Virus record (IMG/VR): IMGVR_UViG_3300027791_000009
Span: 1 to 64,000 of that record
Length of the DNA: 64,000 bases
From: a virus
Direction: 5' to 3' (one strand)
The translations under genes were made by a program, and so were the position numbers. Shown here in pieces: positions 17,835-26,897 of the stretch. Position 1 is the stretch's first letter. Every line of letters begins with the position of its first letter. The notes under the pieces were generated by a model. That model saw only the letters and a list, made by a program, of their open reading frames with translations. It was not told the origin of the DNA and did not search any database.

Positions 17835-18075
17835 TGTAGGAGATACAATTTTAGGTAACCACGGAAGAACTGGTGAGATAATCAATATAGGTATTGCAAC
17901 TGAAAAATCAGATGTTGCAGCTGAACTTGATTCCTCAATAAATGCACAAACATATGACACCGAGTTAAACTATACAGGTGCCATTAGTTATACTGGTGAG
18001 ACAGGAACACATTGGTGTTATTTCCATCAGATTGAAGAAAACCTAACTAAGAAGCTCGAAACAACAGGAGATTAA
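17809..18075 (+). CDS. early hypothetical protein (SH3-like; likely start at 17824)
   Basis: INVGDTI...GRTGEI; RBS GGAGG. Confidence 0.65.
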   Translation: MEDTNMIINVGDTILGNHGRTGEIINIGIATEKSDVAAELDSSINAQTYDTELNYTGAISYTGETGTHWCYFHQIEENLTKKLETTGD

Positions 18076-18076
18076 A

Positions 18077-18292
18077 ATGATTGATGTAATGACGGTCATT
18101 GAAGAACTAAAAGAAATTAAAGACCAACTTCAAAGTGGCAATGTACCAATGGCCATTAAGAAGGTAGACGAAGGTATTGCATATAGAGAAAAAGAAGTCG
18201 CAGACTTTGAAAGAGAATATGCACCGAAAGAAACTGAAATCAAAATGCCATTAGGAGATTTAGCAAATGATCCTTTTGACGATATTAGATAA
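18077..18292 (+). CDS. early hypothetical protein
   Basis: RBS AGGAG. Confidence 0.7.
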   Translation: MIDVMTVIEELKEIKDQLQSGNVPMAIKKVDEGIAYREKEVADFEREYAPKETEIKMPLGDLANDPFDDIR

Positions 18293-18301
18293 GGAGACCA
18301 T

Positions 18302-18469
18302 ATGCAAAATTTTATTATTGGAATAAAAATGTTAATGAGTAATATTAAAAAGTATGTTACCACTTCTGAACCAAATGCTCAGATGGAACTAGACTTTGAA
18401 GTTAAAAAGAATCAGACAATCCATTATTTGTCAGGTAAAAGAAAGAAGACTAAAAATGCAAAAAAGTAG
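18302..18469 (+). CDS. small hypothetical protein (55 aa, not in track)
   Basis: MQNFIIGIKMLMSNIKK...; RBS AAGGAG. Confidence 0.6.
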   Translation: MQNFIIGIKMLMSNIKKYVTTSEPNAQMELDFEVKKNQTIHYLSGKRKKTKNAKK

Positions 18470-18578
18470 TAAAATCCCTATGAGCAATCATACATGGGAC
18501 TATCCCAAACCCTCTACAGCGCCCTCTAGGCCCCTCGTTTTTCCTAAATTTAGTGTAAAATATGGGTTTATTGGCAGC

Positions 18579-18607
18579 TTGACAAGCGTTCAGGTTTGTG
18601 ATACTAT
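18579..18607 (+). promoter_or_regulatory. sigma70-type promoter
   Basis: TTGACA-N17-TACTAT. Confidence 0.7.
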
Positions 18608-18640
18608 TATAACAATTAATCAATCTGGGAGGACTATATA

Positions 18641-18955
18641 ATGTTTACATACACAAAAGAAATGATGTTTAGTGAATTTAAGACGGCGACACAAAAAGAC
18701 CAAAAAGGTAAGAAAGAAGGATACGGCAATCGTATTGCTTTCTTAAAAGAAATGAAGTCATTGAAGAAAGCGCATCCTTCTTCTATGAGAAATATCAGTA
18801 TCAAGCAAAATCAATTTGATAATCTGATACTTGCATACTCGGCACCTAAACCGAGAGACCACTTTTATATGAAAGTGTTTGGAAGAACTTATGCAGACCA
18901 AAAAGCGTTTGAAGCAAAATCATATGGCAAAGACAAAAGCGACTTACTTAACTAA
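18641..18955 (+). CDS. early basic hypothetical protein
   Basis: RBS GGAGG. Confidence 0.7.
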   Translation: MFTYTKEMMFSEFKTATQKDQKGKKEGYGNRIAFLKEMKSLKKAHPSSMRNISIKQNQFDNLILAYSAPKPRDHFYMKVFGRTYADQKAFEAKSYGKDKSDLLN

Positions 18956-19247
18956 AGATATGCGAAACAAGATAGCGATGAAAAATCATATGAAATGGTT
19001 GAAGTCTATCGGAGTTAAGTTAGATAGTAATGGTAAAGTGATAAACGAGTTTAAAGGTTTTCCTTTTCCAGACTATTCAGTAAGACATTCAATACCTTGT
19101 AGTAATATTATTACAGCAGGTGCTACGAAGAGAAAAGTATTGAAACCACAACTACCTGCTGGTAAAACAATCAGTATTGCATACAACAAAGGTAACTACC
19201 AAGTTGTTGACATTGCTGATATTAAAACAATGGGAAGGAAAGTATGA
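18924..19247 (+). CDS. basic hypothetical protein
   Basis: AYNKGNYQ...DIKTMGRK C-terminal motif common in marine phages. Confidence 0.7.
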   Translation: MAKTKATYLTKDMRNKIAMKNHMKWLKSIGVKLDSNGKVINEFKGFPFPDYSVRHSIPCSNIITAGATKRKVLKPQLPAGKTISIAYNKGNYQVVDIADIKTMGRKV

Positions 19248-19489
19248 ATAAAATACTTATATTATGTGTAATCGTATTCGGCATATCAAGTGCCAATGCG
19301 AATGAGACAAAGACTATAACACCACAAGAGTTTGGTAATGCAGTAATTGAAGTACCAGGCAAAGTAGTCAGTTTTCTATCTAACGAAGTTGAAGAGATAA
19401 AAGAGTATCAATCAGCAAGTTGGGCTAGTGCGAAACAACAAACTGCTAACAATTGGGCAAAGCTTAAGACTTTGTTTGGAGTTAAATAG
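19244..19489 (+). CDS. small secreted protein
   Basis: Signal peptide ending ANA. Confidence 0.7.
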   Translation: MNKILILCVIVFGISSANANETKTITPQEFGNAVIEVPGKVVSFLSNEVEEIKEYQSASWASAKQQTANNWAKLKTLFGVK

Positions 19490-19493
19490 TACC

Positions 19494-19700
19494 ATGGACT
19501 TTCATCTTACATCAGCTAATGATGGCACTTTCTTAATCAGACCACTAACAGCAAGAGCTGTGGTCTGGTGGAAAGAGAATGATATGAGAAAAAAATATGT
19601 GGTAGATAACACGGCATTGGATAATTGTGTTATCTTAAAAGAAAATCAAAAGGAGGTATGTGATGAAATTAGGAAAAACGATTTCGATTTTAATAATTAG
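19494..19700 (+). CDS. hypothetical protein
   Basis: ORF fills the operon gap. Confidence 0.6.
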   Translation: MDFHLTSANDGTFLIRPLTARAVVWWKENDMRKKYVVDNTALDNCVILKENQKEVCDEIRKNDFDFNN

Positions 19701-20181
19701 TTTGTCGCTCGGTGCTTGTAGTACAAAACACCAAGATGTTAACAATACTAAAGGATTCAAATTTAACAGAAGTCATGTAGGTGCAGTACTCGGTGGTACT
19801 ACAGGTGCTATGACTTGTGTAGAACTAATATCACAAGACCCATACATTGCGGCTGCGTGTGCTGTAGTAGGTGCATTTGCCGGTGCTGAATTACTATATG
19901 ATAGTGATTACGATTTACACAATGCAGTATTTGTAGACCATTTAAACAATGGTCCTGGTAGTGCAAGTTATAGTAATTGGTTAAACAATAAGACAGGTAG
20001 TAATGGCACAATAAAAGTAAACAGAAGTTATGCACAAGGTCCTATTATCTGTAAAGAGTACGAAAGTAATTTTAATATTAAGAACTCTTGGCCTGTTGTT
20101 GGTATCTCAAACAATGATATTGATACAAGGTTTGGAACCGTATGTCAAATGCCAGACGGTAGATGGGTGGAGAAACAATAA
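19660..20181 (+). CDS. glycine-zipper lipoprotein (Rickettsia 17-kDa surface antigen-like)
   Basis: Lipobox LGAC; GAVLGGTTGA zipper; W.N..TG..G, CKEY...GTVC..PDGRW. Confidence 0.8.
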   Translation: MMKLGKTISILIISLSLGACSTKHQDVNNTKGFKFNRSHVGAVLGGTTGAMTCVELISQDPYIAAACAVVGAFAGAELLYDSDYDLHNAVFVDHLNNGPGSASYSNWLNNKTGSNGTIKVNRSYAQGPIICKEYESNFNIKNSWPVVGISNNDIDTRFGTVCQMPDGRWVEKQ

Positions 20182-20747
20182 TGCAACTTGACCCTATGAA
20201 GAAATATCTAACATGGACATTTGTTCTTATTTTGTTCTTAATTGTATCTGGTATTGCATATGCAGATATCTTACCTAAACCTATTACTTACAAAGAAGAG
20301 AGCCAAGTAAATAAGGCACCTGTGGACAAAGTATATATATCTGATACACATACAAAGGTAGAACAAAAGTTAAAAGAATGGAAAGAAAACGAAGACAATG
20401 GTGTTCTTTCTACAAAAGTTTTAGATAGATTTGAAAGAGACGGTCAATGGTGTTTCATTAAGATTGTTATTAGAGAATTAGATGATAAGACTATCATCAA
20501 AGAAGAGATTATGGAATGTGCTGATACTGAACACGGTAGAACAGACAAAGAACGAATTAAAGAATTGGAGAAAATGATAGAATTAGAGAAAGCAAAGAAA
20601 CCTGGTTACTGGGAACTCTTTGCAGCTTTCTATTATAAAGATATGAGTGCTCCAGAATATTGTAGATTGTATTCTCAATCTTCACACGCCTTCAAATCCT
20701 TCGGAAGAGCGTGTCTAACAAACGAAGGTAATTGGGAGAGAAAATAA
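20181..20747 (+). CDS. secreted protein with surface-antigen-like C-terminus
   Basis: Signal peptide ending AYA; YCRLY...GRACL...GNW. Confidence 0.7.
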   Translation: MQLDPMKKYLTWTFVLILFLIVSGIAYADILPKPITYKEESQVNKAPVDKVYISDTHTKVEQKLKEWKENEDNGVLSTKVLDRFERDGQWCFIKIVIRELDDKTIIKEEIMECADTEHGRTDKERIKELEKMIELEKAKKPGYWELFAAFYYKDMSAPEYCRLYSQSSHAFKSFGRACLTNEGNWERK

Positions 20748-20902
20748 TGATTAAAAATCTAATCATATTGGGTCTCCTTTTTATGTTAATAACAGGTATG
20801 ACCACAACGGATGTTGTTGCATATGTTGAGAATAACCAGCTTATTGACAAGTTGAGTGAAATGTTATATAATGTAGTTAGGAGTGTGAAAAATGATGTAT
20901 AA
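20747..20902 (+). CDS. small membrane/secreted protein (51 aa, not in track)
   Basis: MIKNLIILGLLFMLITG...; TAATG coupling. Confidence 0.6.
   Translation: MIKNLIILGLLFMLITGMTTTDVVAYVENNQLIDKLSEMLYNVVRSVKNDV
20844..20872 (+). promoter_or_regulatory. sigma70-type promoter
   Basis: TTGACA-N17-TATAAT. Confidence 0.75.
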
Positions 20903-21545
20903 AAACATAATGAAGATAGGACTTTTAGGCGTTCTAGTAATTGGCCTAAATGCTTGTTCGTCAAAAACTTATAAGATTAAGCAAGAGACGGAGAAGTTAG
21001 TAGATGAAGTACCGACATGGTATATGGCGGACTTTGATAATGCTAAACATTGCGACATATCTATGTGGGCAAACAATGGCGTTGTTAAAACAAAAGATGA
21101 TGAGAAGACTTGTATCTTCGGAGTTGGTACTAGTGTATCACCATCATTAGAACTTGCGATTGAGAAAGCTAAGTTAATTGCGAAAGCAGAAATGGCTGAT
21201 ATTGTTGCAGGAGAAATGAACAAGAAGGCAAAAATGTTTGTAACCGAAGTAGGTAAAACTAATGTTAAGACCGTGGTTACAGAAGTAGAAACAGCGATGG
21301 TAAATATCATTGCAAATACACCAGTGAGAGGATATGAAATCTTTGCACAAGAGGTAACTAGAACAAAATCAGGTTACTACAGAGCATGGATAGGTTTAAG
21401 ACTGCCACTTGGTGAGTTTAATAAGATGTATGAGTACACGATTGGTGAAGTTGTTGACGCTTACAAACTTAAACTAAAGTCTGCTGAAGCCTTCAAAAGT
21501 GTCGAAGACACGGCAAAGGAAAAGAAGAATGACACAGCAGAGTAA
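20892..21545 (+). CDS. LPP20-like lipoprotein
   Basis: Lipobox LNAC; VPTWY; GVGTSVS..LELAIEKAKLIAKAEMA. Confidence 0.75.
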   Translation: MMYKNIMKIGLLGVLVIGLNACSSKTYKIKQETEKLVDEVPTWYMADFDNAKHCDISMWANNGVVKTKDDEKTCIFGVGTSVSPSLELAIEKAKLIAKAEMADIVAGEMNKKAKMFVTEVGKTNVKTVVTEVETAMVNIIANTPVRGYEIFAQEVTRTKSGYYRAWIGLRLPLGEFNKMYEYTIGEVVDAYKLKLKSAEAFKSVEDTAKEKKNDTAE

Positions 21546-21807
21546 TATAGTTGTCTATACAAAAGACAATTGTCCATTTTGTGTTAAAGCTAAGTCCTTA
21601 ATAAAAGGACTTGGTTTGAAATATGAAGAAAAGAACTTGAAAGAGTTTGAAAGTCCTGAGGCGATGATTAAAGACATAGGTAAAAATGTTAGGTCAATGC
21701 CTCAAATTAAAATAAATGACGAGTTAGTAGGTGGTTATAATCAGTTGATAGAACATTATAACAAACTAGGACTTGTTGACTTCAAAGGGAATAAAATAAG
21801 TGAGTGA
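21529..21807 (+). CDS. glutaredoxin (NrdC/NrdH-like)
   Basis: YTKDNCPFC, SMPQI, VGGY. Confidence 0.9.
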   Translation: MTQQSNIVVYTKDNCPFCVKAKSLIKGLGLKYEEKNLKEFESPEAMIKDIGKNVRSMPQIKINDELVGGYNQLIEHYNKLGLVDFKGNKISE

Positions 21808-22384
21808 TGATATCAATATTAAAAATGACTATGATAATATAATTTTATTTCCAGAGAATAAGATTGCAAAACCACAAGTTGAGGTGGACCCAAAAGCACA
21901 AGCGAAAATGCGAGACTATCAAGCTGCAAAGTTTGTAGAAACAGCAACAGATGAAATCGGATTAGATTTGATTAGACGCTTCGTGCAAATGGGATTAGAT
22001 ACTAAACAAGATGTCTTTACAAAAGACCTTGCAATGTCTATGGACTCGGTAAGAGGTCTCTTGTACAGACAATTCAACATAGCACACCCTATTCAAAAGG
22101 TAGTAGACCATGCTGTTAAGTTGAAGATGAATAAGAAAGGCGTGGTTACTGCTCGTATTGAGTATGCAAATATGTCAGATGAGATAGACACGACTACTAG
22201 ACCCTTAAACAAAGATGTATCAGATGAACTTAACGATAGGAACAATGGTATGTTTACCTTTACAGAGAATTTTGACTTTAATCCTGAATACCCAGGACAA
22301 GACGGACCCGATATGTATCCAGATGAAGATGACCACTTACATGGTGACTTCCCAGAACCGGATCCTGAAGGACCAGTAAAATAA
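21800..22384 (+). CDS. hypothetical protein
   Basis: NIILFP N-terminal motif; acidic tail. Confidence 0.7.
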   Translation: MSDDINIKNDYDNIILFPENKIAKPQVEVDPKAQAKMRDYQAAKFVETATDEIGLDLIRRFVQMGLDTKQDVFTKDLAMSMDSVRGLLYRQFNIAHPIQKVVDHAVKLKMNKKGVVTARIEYANMSDEIDTTTRPLNKDVSDELNDRNNGMFTFTENFDFNPEYPGQDGPDMYPDEDDHLHGDFPEPDPEGPVK

Positions 22385-22407
22385 ATTGAAAAAAATGAAT
22401 TTAGTGC

Positions 22408-22436
22408 TTGACAAGCTATATAAGATAGTGTATAAT
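22408..22436 (+). promoter_or_regulatory. sigma70-type promoter
   Basis: TTGACA-N17-TATAAT. Confidence 0.85.
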
Positions 22437-22542
22437 GAGTACTTAATAAGAATTTGTCTATGGAAAACCATTATAATGCGATTGACCATAGCAAGTTGTC
22501 AGATAAGACATAAAAATCAAACTGAAAAGGAGGTTAGACATA

Positions 22543-22845
22543 ATGTTTAACATTTTTAAATTATCTAAAGGAGATAAAACTATGGCTAGAACAAAGCTAA
22601 CTAAGACCGAGAAGATTCGTAATCTTTTCAACAAAGGTTCAGATGTGACTTGGAAAACTCTAAGAACAAAATTTGACCTTAAATCACCAGCTGCAATGGT
22701 TGGTAAATTGAGAAACGAAGGATTGATGATTTATGAAAATAGGTCTACAAAAGGCGTTTCATATAGAGTTGGTACTCCATCTAAAGCAGTAATCGCTGCT
22801 GGTATCACAGCTGTATTCGGCAAACAAGTCGCTTACACATCATAA
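22543..22845 (+). CDS. small winged-helix DNA-binding protein (alternative start 22582)
   Basis: Basic; helix-turn-helix then LRNEG.IY...SYRVGTP wing; two in-frame starts, each with an RBS. Confidence 0.7.
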   Translation: MFNIFKLSKGDKTMARTKLTKTEKIRNLFNKGSDVTWKTLRTKFDLKSPAAMVGKLRNEGLMIYENRSTKGVSYRVGTPSKAVIAAGITAVFGKQVAYTS

Positions 22846-22889
22846 TGAACTCGATAGTAAGATTACCTAGCGGTACGCTTACATAGAGC

Positions 22890-22935
22890 TGTGTGAGGCG
22901 AGGAAAGCGAGAGTGGAACTCGCCTCCACATTTTT
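22890..22935 (+). terminator. intrinsic terminator / structured RNA
   Basis: GAGGCGAG/CTCGCCTC stem extended by TGTG/CACA, then TTTTT. Confidence 0.75.
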
Positions 22936-22951
22936 AACTAAAAAGGAATAT

Positions 22952-23152
22952 ATGACAGACGATAATTCAGTTGACAAATCTTTTGAGAACGAGGTAACAC
23001 CGAGTCCTATGGTACAAATATCTGTAAAAGATTATGATAAACTAAAAGAAAGAAACAATTATATAACAAACAAAAGTTTAATTGAATACATTGACAAGAT
23101 AGAATTTTTTGTAAAAGAATTGAGAAAACATATAGTAAGGACGGATATTTAA
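22952..23152 (+). CDS. hypothetical protein
   Basis: ATG after RBS AAGGA. Confidence 0.7.
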   Translation: MTDDNSVDKSFENEVTPSPMVQISVKDYDKLKERNNYITNKSLIEYIDKIEFFVKELRKHIVRTDI

Positions 23153-23153
23153 T

Positions 23154-23423
23154 ATGGGTAAGATGAGAATATTTAAGTTTTGGAATGAAAAAGGTGACGA
23201 GAAAGAGAAAGAAGCAATGAGTTTGAAGAAGGCAGTTATGTCGGTTCAAAGCAACTTCAAAGACCAATTTATTGGTGTTGAATACATTAGTAAGAAAGGT
23301 AAAGCAATCGTTGATTCCGTAAAGATACCTATAGGTAGAAAAATAAGACAAGCGTTAATAGTAGAAAAGAAGAGAGCAGCTGCAAAGGCAAAATTTGACG
23401 CCGATAGAAAAAAGAGTGCATAA
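23154..23423 (+). CDS. basic hypothetical protein
   Basis: Operonic ORF. Confidence 0.7.
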   Translation: MGKMRIFKFWNEKGDEKEKEAMSLKKAVMSVQSNFKDQFIGVEYISKKGKAIVDSVKIPIGRKIRQALIVEKKRAAAKAKFDADRKKSA

Positions 23424-24286
23424 TGATTATAGTTGATTTACACCAAGTGCTTATTAGTAATCTAATGGCACAAATGAGTAGAGTATCATTTCAGAAAGGT
23501 ACCGAACCAGGTATCGCTAACATAGAAATGGTTAGATATATGGTATGTAATTCAATCAAAGGATACATTAGAAAGTTTGGTAACGAATACGGAAAAGATT
23601 TAGTACTTGCCTGTGATAGTGGCAATCCTTGGAGACGAGACTTCTTTCCTCAATACAAAGCAAGTCGTAGAACAAGTAGAGAAGATAGTAAAAACGATTG
23701 GAATGCTCTATTCAGTCTCATACATGATATTAAAGAAGAATTAAAAGATAACTTTCCGTACAAAGTAATTGCTATTGACAATGCAGAAGCAGATGATATC
23801 ATCGGTGTCATTGTTAAAATGCAGACAGAAGACAAGTACCTGATTGTATCAGGCGATAAAGACTTCAAACAATTACAGAAGTATAGTAATGTAAGTCAAT
23901 ATAGTCCAATACAGAAACACATGGTAGTTGAAGATAATCCTACTAGATACTTACACGAACAGATTATCAAAGGCGATAGGTCAGACGGGATACCGAATAT
24001 CCTATCAGCAGATGATGTCTTTATTACAAAGACAAAACAAAGTCCTATTACGAAAAAGAAACTAGAAGAGTGGTCGCAGATTGACGATATACCACTAGGT
24101 TCTGAAACAAAGAAGTACTACAATAGGAACAAGAAACTGATAGACCTAGACCAGACGCCTAACGCTATGGTAGAATCTATTATAAATAGTTTGAACAACT
24201 ATGAAGTACCAAGTAGGTCCAAACTACTACCATACTTTATAGATAATAAACTGAAATCGTTGATTGAACATATTAATGATTTTTAA
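23423..24286 (+). CDS. rnh: RNase H / 5'-3' exonuclease (T4 rnh)
   Basis: WRRDFFPQYKASR, EADDII, SGDKDF.QL, GDRSDGIPN. Confidence 0.93.
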   Translation: MIIVDLHQVLISNLMAQMSRVSFQKGTEPGIANIEMVRYMVCNSIKGYIRKFGNEYGKDLVLACDSGNPWRRDFFPQYKASRRTSREDSKNDWNALFSLIHDIKEELKDNFPYKVIAIDNAEADDIIGVIVKMQTEDKYLIVSGDKDFKQLQKYSNVSQYSPIQKHMVVEDNPTRYLHEQIIKGDRSDGIPNILSADDVFITKTKQSPITKKKLEEWSQIDDIPLGSETKKYYNRNKKLIDLDQTPNAMVESIINSLNNYEVPSRSKLLPYFIDNKLKSLIEHINDF

Positions 24287-24312
24287 TATTGCAATATTAA
24301 GAGGAAAATGAA

Positions 24313-24813
24313 ATGGCAAATGAAAATATGAACAAGGCACAGAAGGCGGCAGCAATGTCATCTTCAAGCATGGCACTCACTTACCACGAAATCTTCACTA
24401 AAGTTAACAACGCTAAAGACAAGGCAAAGAAGACAGAAATCCTGCGACAGCACGATAGTGTCTCTCTAAGACAAGTATTAAAAGGTGCTTTCGACCCGAA
24501 AATACAATGGGACTTACCAAAAGGTAACCCACCGTATCTTCCAAATGAAGCTCCTGTAGGTACTGAACACACATTCCTTGAGTCCGAAGCGAAGAGACTT
24601 TGGCATTTCGTACAAGGTGCAGACCAAAATCTATCCAAAGTAAAAAAAGAAACTTTGTATATTCAAATTTTAGAAGGTTTACATGAAACAGAAGCAGAGT
24701 TGCTTGTTGCTGTAAAAGAGAAGAAGTTAAATAATATGTACAAAGGACTTACAGCTAATCTTGTAAAAGAGGCTTTTGGGTGGAATGATGATTTTGTTAA
24801 GCTAGAAGCATAA
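24313..24813 (+). CDS. conserved marine T4-like hypothetical protein
   Basis: FDP.I.W.LP.G.PPY...QILEGLH..EAELL pattern. Confidence 0.75.
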   Translation: MANENMNKAQKAAAMSSSSMALTYHEIFTKVNNAKDKAKKTEILRQHDSVSLRQVLKGAFDPKIQWDLPKGNPPYLPNEAPVGTEHTFLESEAKRLWHFVQGADQNLSKVKKETLYIQILEGLHETEAELLVAVKEKKLNNMYKGLTANLVKEAFGWNDDFVKLEA

Positions 24814-24886
24814 CAATACAACGGTTTTAGGGTATTTTCCATACTAAAAATACCCACTATTCCCCTAAAATAAGCTCATTTTTTGC

Positions 24887-24915
24887 TTGACAAGGTACCT
24901 AGTAAGTGATATAAT
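24887..24915 (+). promoter_or_regulatory. sigma70-type promoter with extended upstream box
   Basis: GCTCATTTTTTGC-TTGACA-N17-TATAAT. Confidence 0.85.
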
Positions 24916-24946
24916 AAATATATTAAATGATGAAGAAAGGTATATA

Positions 24947-25270
24947 ATGATAAGCTTGATAAAAAACATAATATATGTACTTGTGTTTTTGTATATGGCA
25001 GGTGTAGCATTACACTTAACTATGCAGAAAGCAAAAGCAGATGAATATGTTGTGGCGACTAGCGCCCACATAATCAAAGAAACGGTTAACGGTAACATTG
25101 ACCATAAGGCTGTGATGAAGTCTGAACTTGAAAGACTAGCACATTCAATGGCAATCGAAATGACTTTTGTATTAGAGAAGCATTTACCAAATATATTAGA
25201 GAGTATTGCTTCTGATATTAGAGTTAACGGTATAGACAAAGTATACAAAGAAAGTCAAACAGAGGAGTAG
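24947..25270 (+). CDS. secreted/membrane hypothetical protein
   Basis: Hydrophobic N-terminus ending AKA. Confidence 0.7.
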   Translation: MISLIKNIIYVLVFLYMAGVALHLTMQKAKADEYVVATSAHIIKETVNGNIDHKAVMKSELERLAHSMAIEMTFVLEKHLPNILESIASDIRVNGIDKVYKESQTEE

Positions 25271-25271
25271 A

Positions 25272-25472
25272 ATGGAAAACTTGATATATGCAATGGCTGA
25301 CATGGTTTCTCTTATGAAGACTATGGCGCCTATGGAACTATGGATAATTATACTTGGTGGTGTAATATCTTTTTTGATAATGGAGTATACTGATAGAAAG
25401 AGACTACGACACGAAAACAATCAGACGAAGTATGGGAGAACAAACACCAGTGCCGAAAGAACTAAAACCTAA
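25272..25472 (+). CDS. small single-TM protein
   Basis: RBS GAGGAG; TM LWIIILGGVISFLIM. Confidence 0.65.
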   Translation: MENLIYAMADMVSLMKTMAPMELWIIILGGVISFLIMEYTDRKRLRHENNQTKYGRTNTSAERTKT

Positions 25473-25875
25473 ATCAGTTAGGTATGCAACTTTAAAGAAG
25501 AAAGTAAAAGCCGAATATGAGCATACTAGACAATACAAGACTACCTATAAAGACATTAAGAAAGTCTTTCAATGGATTAATGAGGCAGTCTTTGACGGCA
25601 AACTTGCACCGTTTAATGAGATAACGATACGAGATTTGAGACCAATAAAATGTTTTGGTCAGGTTACACAATGGGAGTGGAAAAGAAAAGGTACACAATC
25701 GTTTCATTTAGAAATGGCAGACAAGTACAGGAATAAAAAAGAATTCATTAGTACATTGGCCCACGAAATGGTCCACTTGTATCAAATGAGAAATGCAGGA
25801 GATAGTGGTAATCATAATGCTCTCTTCTATTCATTTAGGAAACCAATGGGTAGAGCCGGCATAGATATGATTTAA
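25432..25875 (+). CDS. SprT-like zinc metalloprotease
   Basis: IN..VFDG.L, TLAHEMVHLYQ, H...F. Confidence 0.85.
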   Translation: MGEQTPVPKELKPKSVRYATLKKKVKAEYEHTRQYKTTYKDIKKVFQWINEAVFDGKLAPFNEITIRDLRPIKCFGQVTQWEWKRKGTQSFHLEMADKYRNKKEFISTLAHEMVHLYQMRNAGDSGNHNALFYSFRKPMGRAGIDMI

Positions 25876-25889
25876 ACTGATATAATATT

Positions 25890-26579
25890 ATGGTGAAAAA
25901 AGTGAAAATAGACTACAAAGAAAAAATAAGAACATTTAAATTATGGACTAAACGAGTATTAGGTGTATCAATGTTATTTTTAATAACATATGTCGTTGGT
26001 ACATTTAATCCTAACACATATTCTACAAATCAATTATCGAAAGATTACGAAACAAAATACCTAGAAAGACTACAAGAGTTAGAATTAAGAGAACCAGAAT
26101 TTACATACAACAATGACATACAATTTATTAGGGCAACTCATAAATGTATTGACTTCTTAAACTTCTCACAACCAGATGTGTTTAGAGTACCATACGAAAT
26201 GATAACAGCACAGGCTGCTCTGGAGAGTGGTTGGGGTACAAGTAGATTTGCACAAGAAGGTAATAATCTATTCGGTATCAGAATATTTAACAAAGACTAT
26301 CCACATATGTTACCAAGAGGTATGCCAAAGTGGAAAGGTTGGGGTGTAAGAATATTTGCCTCGAAGTGTGAAAGTGTAAAAGAATTTGTTAGGTTGATGA
26401 ATGAACATTCAGCCTATGAGAAATTCCGTAAGTTGAGATTAAAACAACTTGCAGAAGACGGCCAAATGGATCCAATAGAATTAGTTAAGACATTGGATAA
26501 ATTTAGCACAACAACTGATTATGCAGACCGTGTAATTAGTATTATTAAAAAAGTGAGAAAATCAGAGGAGAGTAAATAA
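25890..26579 (+). CDS. GH73 glucosaminidase (Bax-like peptidoglycan hydrolase) with N-terminal TM
   Basis: AQAALESGWGTSRFAQEGNNLFGI motif. Confidence 0.88.
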   Translation: MVKKVKIDYKEKIRTFKLWTKRVLGVSMLFLITYVVGTFNPNTYSTNQLSKDYETKYLERLQELELREPEFTYNNDIQFIRATHKCIDFLNFSQPDVFRVPYEMITAQAALESGWGTSRFAQEGNNLFGIRIFNKDYPHMLPRGMPKWKGWGVRIFASKCESVKEFVRLMNEHSAYEKFRKLRLKQLAEDGQMDPIELVKTLDKFSTTTDYADRVISIIKKVRKSEESK

Positions 26580-26896
26580 TGAGTAGACCAAACAACTGGG
26601 AAGACGAAAGCTACAATAATATCAAAGAAGACAACAGACCCTATATGGATCCGTATCTGAAAAATATGATTGAAAAAGCATTTAATACATTTAATAACTT
26701 GAAGAAAGGTCAAACGGAAGTTTACTTTACAGGTTTCTGGGCAGCCGATGTAATGCGTTGTTATCCAGGTAGACAATCAAATAAGATATTTGCAAAAATG
26801 CAGATAGCCTTGAATAGAAGTGACTTACAATTCTTTCAAAAGAAATTAGTTGGTAAATATTCAGATGGATTTGAATACATAGTACGAAAGGTTTAG
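26579..26896 (+). CDS. hypothetical protein
   Basis: Coupled ORF. Confidence 0.7.
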   Translation: MSRPNNWEDESYNNIKEDNRPYMDPYLKNMIEKAFNTFNNLKKGQTEVYFTGFWAADVMRCYPGRQSNKIFAKMQIALNRSDLQFFQKKLVGKYSDGFEYIVRKV

Positions 26897-26897
26897 T

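Noticed and set aside
18396-18641. Tracked 81-aa ORF
   Set aside because: Runs across a promoter and motif region with no RBS; the alternative 18302-18469 ORF has a strong SD
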